Source of the DNA: Octopus bimaculoides
Lineage: Eukaryota
Length of the DNA stretch: 36,212 bases
Reading direction: 5' to 3'
NCBI RefSeq assembly: GCF_001194135.2
Contig: NC_068989.1
Span: 16,206,771 to 16,242,982 of the forward strand
Below the pieces are notes generated by a model. It saw only the letters and a list, made by a program, of their open reading frames with translations, did not search any database and was not told where the DNA came from. Below, in pieces: positions 1 to 9,925 of the stretch (position 1 is the first letter of the stretch; every line of letters starts with the position of its first letter). Made by a program: the position numbers and the translations under genes.

Positions 1-29
<29 letters not shown>
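1..29. repeat. (GA)n microsatellite
   Basis: Pure GA dinucleotide run at the window start. Confidence 0.95.
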
Positions 30-31
<2 letters not shown>

Positions 32-185
32 ATAAGGTAGTCTGAATGTTGGATGATTATATATATATTTTTATTTATATACATCTTATTTACACTTTTA
101 GTGCTTTCTTCAGATAACGGAAGAAAGCGCTAAAATGTAAATAAAATGTAAATTTTCTTTACATTTATATATATATGCTTATATA

Positions 186-640
186 CAGAGGCGACGCCAG
201 GTCATCAGCGACACTCGAACTCGTCACAGATTTCGCATAGGACAAATGCTTGCTCAAAGAATTTCACGTTTTCCTGCAATATCTCTTCCCCGAAATGGCT
301 TACCTTTTTTTTAATCTAGCCCTATGTCTTTCTCCATTTCTAAGTTAAGGCTAAAAATAAAGCAGCCTTGCAAAACACAACTAATCTTTACACACAATAC
401 ACAAAATAACCGCAACCAAATAACGATGACTGATAGTTTTCGATACAGGGCACCTCTAAGACGACCTCCAGAACTGCAACCAGGCTCAATGAACTGCGAC
501 CAGGCTCAATAAAAGGAAGTACAATTACATACTTGAAGTCATTATAGGCAGAAATTAAACCAGCTCGCAAATACACGTTCACTTTACTAAATTTATACTC
601 GGGCTAAGCCCGAACAGTCCGAGTGCCGGAGTCGCCACTG
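186..640. mobile_element. Non-autonomous DNA transposon (MITE) with short CAG-terminal TIRs, hAT-like
   Basis: Left end CAGAGGCGACGCCAG matches the reverse complement of the right end (CAGTGGCGACTCCGG). Both ends are flanked by TA. The interior is CpG-rich with short repeats (AACTGC(A/G)ACCAGGCTCAAT x2; CGGGCTAAGCCCG hairpin). No clean 8-bp TSD. Confidence 0.6.
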
Positions 641-651
641 TACATATATAT

Positions 652-802
652 ATGCTTAGCGGCATTTCGTCTGTCTTTATGTTCTGAGTTCGAATTCCGC
701 CGAGGTCCATACAATAAGCAGCAGTTGAACACTGGGGTCGATGTAATCAACTTAACCACTCACCTGAAATGTCTGGCTTTGTGCTAAAATTTGAAACCAA
801 TG
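652..802 (+). mobile_element. tRNA-derived SINE family A, 5'-truncated with internal deletion
   Basis: atgcttagcggcatttcgtctgtctttatgttctgagttcgaattcc...ggggtcgatgtaatc...aaatttgaaaccaat; aligns by eye to the copies at 9712 and 20654. Confidence 0.85.
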
Positions 803-803
803 T

Positions 804-841
<38 letters not shown>

Positions 842-1729
842 TTTTTCATATATAAACAAATATATACACACTCCTTATATAATTGTTAAGTAAAAATTGT
901 AAAGTTAATATGGTACAGAAATACATAGTACAGATAGGGTAAAACCAGAAATGGTGACATACCATAATAATCCATTTTATAAGAGTTAGTTAGAAAACAT
1001 GAGCCAACTACCGATCCACAAACGCAGTAACTTACAGAATAAAATTTTCCTTCAAGTTTATCTAATGGTCATGAAATAGCGCTGTACATATATTCTGGAT
1101 TGATATGCCTTTACCGCTAACTCATGTGTTATCTTGATGCAAGCAAGAGCACTGGCATACGGACAGAGCCTAATGCACATGTTAACATACAAACGGAATG
1201 ACAGGTGAATTATATATTATATATTTGGGTTCCATCCAACAGTGACATTAACAGACGTAAATCATGATATTTACCGGAAGACAATCACTAATCTTAAACA
1301 AGGATACCGAATTTACATAATGTCATTTGTTAATATACGTAGTTGAGCACATGTGCGTGTGTCTGTGCGTGTGTTAAACAATGATTTGTCTAATACACAT
1401 ATCAATGAAAACAGACTTTCGAATGAAGGGAAAGTTGTAATAGTTTTGCGTCAATTACCTGGAATCTTATCTGGTTCTTCACGCAAGTGTATTATCCCTC
1501 AGTTTGCCTGTTAAGAACGGGAAGCCGAAAGTTACCTACTGTAAAGTGCATCCTAATTAATAAAAGAAAAATAATTACTTCTCAACCATTTGGTAGGACA
1601 GAAATTAGAACGAAGCATTTCTACTGATCACTACAGTATTTTTTTTATCAATAATACATCCCTTAATTTTTAATCATATTCTTCCTCTTTTTCTTTCTCT
1701 CCCTTTTATTGTTTCTCTTTTTCACGCCT

Positions 1730-1753
1730 TTCAGTTTTCTTTCTTTCTTTCTC

Positions 1754-1801
<48 letters not shown>

Positions 1802-1865
1802 TCGTTCTTTCTTTCATTCTTCCTTTCTGTCTTTCCATCTTTCTTTCCTTTTTTCTTTCTTTCCA
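1730..1865. repeat. (TTTC)n microsatellite
   Basis: Long TTTC run with degenerate flanks; it generates the spurious ORFs at 1663-1993. Confidence 0.95.
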
Positions 1866-2418
1866 TTTCACCATTCCGTCAAAGACCTTGCTTTGTAACG
1901 TATATTTTTCTGCAACATTGTCGATTCCCAAGAACCATTCATCTTACGTATTTCAAATATTCTGTGACTTCCCCCACTAAGTACGTTCGATAGCTGCAAA
2001 GCACTTTCTGTTATATTTGTGATATATGTATAATTATTATTTTTTTCTTCTGTTCTATATAGCGGTAAAGCTTTGTGCTGTTATATATGCATTATTCTTC
2101 GTCTGTTGTATCTATATAATGTCTTGCTTGTTTCTGTTTTCGTATACATTCGCTAGATTTTTTCCAGTAGCTTAGTAACTGCACAGATTGGGTGGTCTCA
2201 ATGGTAATGGCGCAAAACCACTATGATAATTTGGGTCATTGACTGACAAGGAAAACTCAGCTGCGAATATTCCGTGTATCGTGCCTTTGTCAATATTTCC
2301 GGTCCGTTAAATTTTCGTCTAGTTTCCCGTCTGCTTTCGTCTAACTTTTTCTCCTTGTTGTGTTCTCTATTCAACCCTCGAGATATATATATATATATAT
2401 ATATATACATACATGCAT

Positions 2419-2584
2419 AGGAGTGGCTGTGTGGTAAGTAGCTTGCATACGAACCACATGGTTCCGGGTTCAGTCCCACTGCGTGGCACCTTCTGTAAGA
2501 GTCTTCTACTATAGCCTCGGGCCGACCAAAGCCTTGTGAGTGGATTTGGTAGACGGAAACTGAAAGAAGCTCGTCGTATATATG

Positions 2585-2622
<38 letters not shown>

Positions 2623-2830
2623 CGTTTGTGTGTCTGTGTTTGTCCCCCTAGCATTGCTTGACAACCGATGCTGGTGTGTTTATGTCCCCGTAACTTAGCG
2701 GTTCGGCAAAAGAGACCGATAGAATAAGTACTAGGCTTACAAAGAATAAGTCCCGGGGTCGATTTACTCGACTAAAGGTGGTGCTCCAGCATGGCCGCAG
2801 TCAAATGACTGAAACAAGTAAAAATAGAAA
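2419..2830 (+). mobile_element. Full-length tRNA-derived SINE family B (CORE-like) with internal TA/TG microsatellite
   Basis: A-box-like TGGCTGTGTGG and B-box-like GGTTCAGTCCC, followed by a CORE-like segment (ggcacctt...gtcttctactatagcctcgggc). An internal (TA)n/(TG)n tract precedes a 3' body ending gactgaaacaagtaaaa. Confidence 0.85.
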
Positions 2831-3219
2831 GAGTATACATATATATATATACGTATATATGTACATATATATATATATACATGTGTGTGCATTTGTGCGT
2901 ATATATATGCATGTATGTATGTACCTGTTTATCTATCTATGTCAATGTAATTCCAGCATAATCTGATTTTTATGTTTTAGTTCTGTATTTTCCACACTTT
3001 TACAATATTAACAGTTATCAGGCATGAAACATAACTGTCGAGTAATACTGCTGCTAAATAAAACTGAGGATTGCTGAAAGCATGAAACGTAAAATCATAC
3101 TGTACTGGAGTTTCATTGTCTTATAAATTTACGTGTACTCAATCATATGGACTCTAAGATACTTATGTATCTATGTATGTATGTACGTATGTATGCACAC
3201 ATGCATGTATTTGTGTATT

Positions 3220-3266
<47 letters not shown>

Positions 3267-4117
3267 NNNNNNNNNNNNNNNNNNNNNNNNNNNNNNNNNN
3301 NNNNNNNNNNNNNNNNNNNNNNNNNNNNNNNNNNNNNNNNNNNNNNNNNNNNNNNNNNNNNNNNNNNNNNNNNNNNNNNNNNNNNNNNNNNNNNNNNNNN
3401 NNNNNNNNNNNNNNNNNNNNNNNNNNNNNNNNNNNNNNNNNNNNNNNNNNNNNNNNNNNNNNNNNNNNNNNNNNNNNNNNNNNNNNNNNNNNNNNNNNNN
3501 NNNNNNNNNNNNNNNNNNNNNNNNNNNNNNNNNNNNNNNNNNNNNNNNNNNNNNNNNNNNNNNNNNNNNNNNNNNNNNNNNNNNNNNNNNNNNNNNNNNN
3601 NNNNNNNNNNNNNNNNNNNNNNNNNNNNNNNNNNNNNNNNNNNNNNNNNNNNNNNNNNNNNNNNNNNNNNNNNNNNNNNNNNNNNNNNNNNNNNNNNNNN
3701 NNNNNNNNNNNNNNNNNNNNNNNNNNNNNNNNNNNNNNNNNNNNNNNNNNNNNNNNNNNNNNNNNNNNNNNNNNNNNNNNNNNNNNNNNNNNNNNNNNNN
3801 NNNNNNNNNNNNNNNNNNNNNNNNNNNNNNNNNNNNNNNNNNNNNNNNNNNNNNNNNNNNNNNNNNNNNNNNNNNNNNNNNNNNNNNNNNNNNNNNNNNN
3901 NNNNNNNNNNNNNNNNNNNNNNNNNNNNNNNNNNNNNNNNNNNNNNNNNNNNNNNNNNNNNNNNNNNNNNNNNNNNNNNNNNNNNNNNNNNNNNNNNNNN
4001 NNNNNNNNNNNNNNNNNNNNNNNNNNNNNNNNNNNNNNNNNNNNNNNNNNNNNNNNNNNNNNNNNNNNNNNNNNNNNNNNNNNNNNNNNNNNNNNNNNNN
4101 NNNNNNNNNNNNNNNNN

Positions 4118-4427
4118 GGCGTTGTGAGTGTTTATTGAGCGAAAACACCTAAAAGCTCCACGAGGCTCCGGCAGGGGATGGTGGCGAACCCCGCTGTACT
4201 CTTTCACCACAACTTTCTCTCACTCTTACTTCCTGTTTCTGTTGTGCCTGTAATTCAAGGGGTCAGCCTTGTCACACTGTGTCACGCTGAATATCCCCGA
4301 GAACTACGTTAAGGGTACACGTGTCTGTGGAGTGCTCAGCCACTTGCACGTTAATTTCACGAGCAGGCTGTTCCGTTGATCGGATCAACTGGAACCCTCG
4401 ACGTCGTAAGCGACGGAGTGCCAACAA
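4118..4427 (+). mobile_element. SINE-like repeat family C (5' end lost in gap)
   Basis: The 3' segment ttaatttcacgagcaggctgttccgttgatc...gacggagtgcca recurs at 35105-35177; short (CAA) tail. Confidence 0.65.
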
Positions 4428-4748
4428 GTAAACGTACCAGGTATTTTGATATCCTCTATTTTTTATTTCCCTTGAGTTACGATTATTAATTCAGAGTTCT
4501 TGTTAAAAAGAAAGAAAATAAACTGATCAAACTGTTATTTCTAACATGACTATTTCTCTGGTTAGTGATATTGATAAAAAGTCACATAACCAGTTTTAGT
4601 CTTCTAAGTTCATAATACCATAAAATATTTCACCTGATCTTTCAGCTCATAGAAGTCCTTGAACATTAGCTAACCAGCCTCACAAGGGAAAATTAATCAG
4701 ACTTTCCATTTCAAGGTTCTTCAAAATCTATACTTTAATTGCGCTATT

Positions 4749-4783
<35 letters not shown>

Positions 4784-5396
4784 ATTTTGTTACCAAACTC
4801 ATCTGCAACCACTGGACCGATTTCGACCAAACTTTGCATGAGGAACCATGGGTACTGGGAGAGTGTTAGCATTTATATGGGATTCCCCAAAATTAAACGG
4901 TCCAGGTCTATTCTGAAGGGACCGCATTCAAATGCTAAATGTATGTGAAATCGATCCCTTACTTTGTGGCTACATTGCTTTCGCTCAGCCGATTTTGACC
5001 TACTTGGCATGAGTAACAGTGGGTATCCGGAGAGTGTCAACATCTATATGGGATTCACGAAAATTTACCGGCCCGGCTCTAGTCTGGTAAAATCCGACAA
5101 AACGAATTACCCCTCTCTCACTATTCAATGACTTTCCTACTATTCCTCATGCTTATTACATCTTTCACTTATTGAAAGCTTTAGTGTGAGGAGTGGTAAT
5201 TGACAGAATAGCATACAATGCTACCTCTCATAACTCTCTCTCTCTCCTCCTACATATTTACTGCTTCTCTTAACTCACTCTCTCTTAGCCGGTTGCGCTC
5301 TTTTCCATGTCTCCTGCGGTGTTATTTGTTGTTTCTCTCTCACATATATATATTACGTATTGAACTCACGCTCTCATATAATGTTACCTCTTATAA

Positions 5397-5448
<52 letters not shown>

Positions 5449-5516
5449 TATTTACTACTTCTCTTACTTCTCTTAACCAGTTGCATTCTTTCAAATGTCT
5501 CTATCGATGTCATTTT

Positions 5517-5561
<45 letters not shown>

Positions 5562-5580
5562 ACTTAGTCTTCGGTGAAAA

Positions 5581-6023
5581 TTACAATTACACCATACTCG
5601 CTAAAACCTATCTTAAAGTGCAATTTTTATGTTATTGAATTGCTTTAAAGGAATTTGACCATAAAAATGTTGGAAATTTACTATTTTTAAAGATATTAAT
5701 AAAATTTGTTGGACCTAATTTCATGACGTCGGCCGTCGGGGCTATTGTTATACGTCGTTGCGTGTATGAATATGATATTGAATGTACTTTCGTCTGATGT
5801 TTCACGCATGCGTAGAATTCTGAAATAGCAGACGTAACAAATATGAAAATTTCGGAAACTTTGCACATTCGACTGCAGGAAAATAGATTCGACTAATTCT
5901 ATTATTACCTTAAAAATACTAAGTTTCCGACATTTTTATGGTCAAATTCGTTTAGAGCAATTCAACGACATAAAAAGAAAGCTCACTTTAAAATAGTATT
6001 TAGCGAGTGTGGTGTAATCGTAA
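5581..6023. mobile_element. MITE with about 120-bp imperfect TIRs nested in the Helitron
   Basis: 5581-5700 (ttacaattacaccatactcgctaaa...gaatttgaccataaaaatgttggaaa) is the reverse complement of about 5900-6023. TA dinucleotides lie at 5582-83 and 6021-22. Confidence 0.8.
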
Positions 6024-6249
6024 ATAAATACCTAAGGTAAATATTTACAATGAATACCGTGAAAACTTCCCGTTCAGAGAAATTAGCTCAAATACTGACT
6101 GAATCGTCTCAAAACTTTCACTGTATAATTGTCATAAATATTCATGCTTTCGTCAGTACATTATGCCCAGGAAAAAAAAGGACATCAATTTGTCCCGAAA
6201 AAATTCCCGTTCACAAAAGGTCGCTGAGCAAAGCCAACGGACGCTAATT

Positions 6250-7921
6250 GAAGAAAACAGACATGGACTGAGATCTTCTTAGTGTCTCGAAATAAAGCGA
6301 AGAAGAATGCCAGAAATTTGTGCAATGGAAACACCAGAAGAGACAACAGCACGGAGAAATGCAGATTGGCTGAGGTGACAGGAAACTTGTGCAATGGAAT
6401 GACCAGAAGATTCAGAAGCACGGAGGACTGTGAATAGGATGAGAACACAGGAAATTCGTGCAATGGAAAGGCCAGAAAAAAACAGAAGTAGGGAGGAATG
6501 TGAATCGGCTGGGGACACAGAAAAGCCGTGCAATGAAAAGACAAGAAACAGAAGCACTGAGGAATACTGATCGGCTGATGAAACAAGACTCTAGGGAAAA
6601 CACATCGCTGCCAAAAATTCAGCAGCGACAAGCAAACAACCCGGCACGATACCAATCGAGATTTCGTCAGCAAAGAGCTGACATTGAGAGAATGGCTATG
6701 GAAGTTGATGTGGCAGATTTTCATGAGAAAGAACGAAACCCAGCCTTATGTTGCACTACTGTGGAAATATTTTTAACAGAACATGCCCTGACTGCAAAAC
6801 TTACCTTTGGGTTGCTGAGAAAACTACCCTCTGCTGTGACAAAGGAAAACTTAGCAATGACAAAGGAAAAATTAGCAATGACGAAGTTCCACAGATAAAA
6901 AAAGCCCCCAGAATTAGAAGCTAAGTACTATGATGTTAATCTATGTTAATCTATGTTAATCTATGAGGTCAAATGTTTCTGAACAAAATTCGTAACTGCA
7001 ATAATTTACTGGCTATGGCTTCAGTTGGACCACCGGGTGGTAGCACTTTTATGTCTACTTTCAAGATTCAAAGTAAGTTGTACCACCGCATCGGAAGTCT
7101 CCTACCAGCATTCTACGCACAGCTATATTTCGTTGACACTGAAAATGATATGAGAAACAGGTTGAAATTCAGAGGAGCTGATAATGACGTTAATGAGAAC
7201 ATCCTGCTAGATTTGAAGAGCGTAATGCATATGCACAATCCATGTGTCAAAAGTTGTAAACAGGCTATTGATATAATTAAGGAATACTCTGCACCAGGAA
7301 AATGTTCTACCGGTGATATTATTGTAATGGGAAGTTAGACTACATTAGTGAAATCCACAGAAGTTCTGACCCTCTTCATTATGTACTTCTGTTTGCCTAT
7401 GGGGAATGTGGCTGGAATGTGTTCTTGAAAATCAATGACCGAAGCAAAAACTTCACTGAATGTAGCTTTTATTCTTATCGGCTTCAAGTAAGAAAGGACG
7501 AATTCAATGGCATAATGAAAAGTAGACGTCTGATGCAACAATACGCAGTAGATCAATATACAAAGATAGAGCAAGATCGATGACACTTCCTGAGAACTCA
7601 CCAGAAACAAAAAAAGTACCAGTGCCTTCTGGATGCTATTGCAAATGGTGGCATGAATGACGTAGGGTCTAAAATCATTCTTCCGCCTTCACATATTGGT
7701 TCTCTTCGGTTTTACAGGGAATGTTTGCAAACTGGAATGGCTCTGGTGAGTGATTTTGGAAAGCCAGACTACTTCATCATTATGACAACCAGCCCAAAGT
7801 GGACTGAGATAACGGAAGCTCTGTTTGGTTCTGGGTACAATGAGCATATATTGGCTTTGGACTTAGGGTATAAGGGTTGAAAGGAATATACACTGACAGC
7901 GTTGTCTATAAGGAAATTCTT
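6250..7921 (+). pseudogene. Decayed Helitron Rep-Helicase (N-terminal repeats, Rep N-half, fused helicase tail)
   Basis: Motifs across frames: KIRNCNNLLAMAS, TFKIQSKLYHRIGSLLP, YAQLYFVD, HRSSDPLHYVLLFAYGECGW, SRRLMQQYAVDQYTKIEQDR, IILPPSHIGSLRF, FGKPDYFIIMTTSPKWTEI, then TDSVVYKEIL (typical Helitron helicase C-terminus). Several stops and frameshifts. Confidence 0.88.
6320..6600 (+). repeat. 69-bp (23-codon) tandem repeat, about 4 units, in the Helitron N-terminal coding region
   Basis: GTGCAATG(G/A)AA recurs at 6320, 6389, 6458 and 6528; translates as RAME.PE.TEARRN.DRLRTQE-like units. Confidence 0.85.
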
Positions 7922-8371
7922 TACGAAAATTATAGTAAGTTTCACTTTTTACTTTCAAACTACGAACAGGAGTTTAGATAAGCCCTATCTGAATTGGCCG
8001 CTCGGAGGGCAGTGATTCGGCTAGTTTCTATGAATTTTCTGTTGTGAAATTCCTTATTTTCAATAAGTTAAAATATTTTGTTACCATTTTTAACACACTG
8101 TTCATTCTTGAGGAACATGTCGATCAATTTTGGCGTTGAAAGTTTTCTTTTTTATTTACGTCAAAAGTTCACTCAGAGGTAAAATCCATTGTTTAAGGCC
8201 TCGCAGATTGGTGGCAGGAAGAGAGGGAACCATCCTCAGATGGGATACTGGCCCAAATGAAATAATGTTTTGCAATAAAGACAACCTCGTGCTAGATGAA
8301 TGTGCTCAACCGGGTAGCGGTTTAAATCTCATACTCACGATTATGAACAATCCCTGTCAGGCTTCCACATA

Positions 8372-8475
8372 GTTTCCGTCAACTGAATTTCTCACACAGG
8401 CTTTAGTCGACTCGACGTGTGCTGTGGGATTGAACCTGTAATCATGTATTTGCGAAGCGAACTTCTCCACCCCTA
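8372..8475 (-). mobile_element. Degenerate SINE family B fragment
   Basis: tagtttccgtc...ggctttagtcgac...tgggattgaacc...atcatgt is the reverse complement of the family B head/CORE region. Confidence 0.55.
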
Positions 8476-8529
8476 AGATATGTTTGTGCTCCAGTAAAGT
8501 AGCCTCAAGATATTAGAATTCCCTTGATA

Positions 8530-9215
8530 CAGCCTTTTTGAGATCCTACAATAAAAACACTCCTTATCCTGAAGTAGGTTGGTATTTTGTCAGCTCTGGT
8601 ATTAAAGCAAGTAAATCTTTACGAACACTGAAGTTTGCCGCTCTCCCAAACACGTATAGCTAGCTGCGCCATATTTACTATATCTGACTCATCTACAACT
8701 ATAGATTAAATCACAAATTTTAGTGTTGCTTATTTCAATGATACTTGCATATCGTTAGTCAAGATTTTCATATGGATAAATACTGTATTTCGTCATAAAC
8801 TATTATTCTAAAATGATCTGACATTTTCTAGAATTAAAATTTATGCCTCAGCAATTAAACACGAATTAAAAACCAGCCTTCGATTTTAGTTTGACAAATT
8901 TTGTCATTAACTCACAAAATTTTAAACTTATTTGCGCTACACAAGTATTTTCATTTCATTACCATAAGTTTCGAAAATAGATGGCTGTTTTCATAAAGGT
9001 TCTTTTTACAATGTCTGCTTCGTATTTTCCAAATTTTTTACGCTTGATAAAACAATGACGTCTAAGATTGTAGTCTTTATAAACTGCTGGCGAATGTTTA
9101 GAAAGACGCACTTTCCACATATTTCCATTATCCGTCCATTTTTTTCAACGACCAAACAAATACTTAGCGGTAATTTTCTTTCTATTATTAGAACCAGCCT
9201 TTGCAGATGAGGTTA
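8530..9215 (-). pseudogene. hAT (Buster/SPIN/GTF2IRD2-like) transposase N-terminal fossil
   Basis: Minus-strand translation across stops and frameshifts gives AVYKDYNLRRH (zinc finger), KQPSIF, CLIAEA, NSL*RNTV, SIVVDESDIVNMAQLAI (first catalytic D, cf. SLALDESTD..DTAQL) and DLLALIP. Confidence 0.75.
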
Positions 9216-9711
9216 CTTTTATATTCTTATACAACAATGATTTAAAAGCGTTTACAATGGGCAATTGAACCACAAAAATTGCTATCATTTCAACATTTAA
9301 TTAGTGATGACACCCGACAACTTGACTAGACAAAACTTCAATTCACATTGAATATCAGTCATCATTAACCGTATCTAGTAGACAAACTAAATGTAAAAAA
9401 TGTGATATTTTAGGAGGTTGAATCTATTTTAACTCTTTACTTCTCAATTGGAAAAAAAAATTTCGGCGATTCAAAGCAATTCAGATCGATCTTGAGTAAC
9501 TATCTACCAAACACCATGTAAGACTTTTATCAAATCACCTACATGTATATATATATAATGTATTGTTCTGTAATGGTATGATCAACCAAGAAGTACTCCA
9601 TCTGGCGAGTGATAAATATAATTTAATGTAATGTAATCGATTAGTCCCCTCCCCCACAAAAAATTTCGGGCCTTGTACCTTTAGTAGAAAGGAATATTAC
9701 TATTAGTACTA

Positions 9712-9925
9712 AAGCAGTGAGCTAGTAGAATTGTTAGCACGCTGGAGAAAATGCTGCTAAGCATTTTGTCTGTTTTTACATTGAGTTCAAATTCCTCCGA
9801 GGTCGACTTTGCATTTCATCCTTCAGGGTCGATAGAATAAGTACCAACTGAGCACTGGGGTCGATGTAATCGACTTACCTCCTCCCCCGAACTTGTTGCC
9901 TTTGTGCTAAAATTTGAAACCATAA
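9712..9925 (+). mobile_element. SINE family A, near full length (preceded by a related 3' fragment at about 9625-9695)
   Basis: gcagtgagctagtagaattgttagcacg...gagttcaaattcc...gatagaataagtacc...ggggtcgatgtaatcgactta...aaatttgaaacc. Confidence 0.85.

Larger units (their letters stand above)
4727..8024 (+). mobile_element. Internally deleted Helitron with both termini
   Basis: 5' A|TCTATAC at 4726/4727. 3' GC-rich imperfect hairpin (gccgctcggagggc) then CTAG|T at 8021-8025. Decayed Rep coding sequence lies at 6250-7825 and a helicase C-terminal remnant at about 7830-7921. Confidence 0.8.

Noticed and set aside
303-350. Minus-strand ttag...gtaag mini-exon (NGERHRARLKK)
   Set aside because: It lies inside the TIR-bounded element at 186-640, is very short and has no partner exons.
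1663-1993. ERKK/FLSF ORFs
   Set aside because: These are translations of the (TTTC)n microsatellite.
1949-1994. Possible 46-nt minus-strand exon (tttgcag...gtaaga) open in two frames
   Set aside because: Weak polypyrimidine tract, no recognisable peptide and no linked exons; such sites arise by chance.
2419-2495. tRNA gene calls at SINE heads
   Set aside because: A/B boxes are present but there is no cloverleaf, and each continues into a repeated SINE body.
3133-4210. Long ORFs spanning N runs (also at 12.7, 14.7, 16.5, 18.0, 23.1, 25.8 and 27.7 kb)
   Set aside because: They are almost entirely X from assembly gaps plus (TA)n-derived YI repeats.
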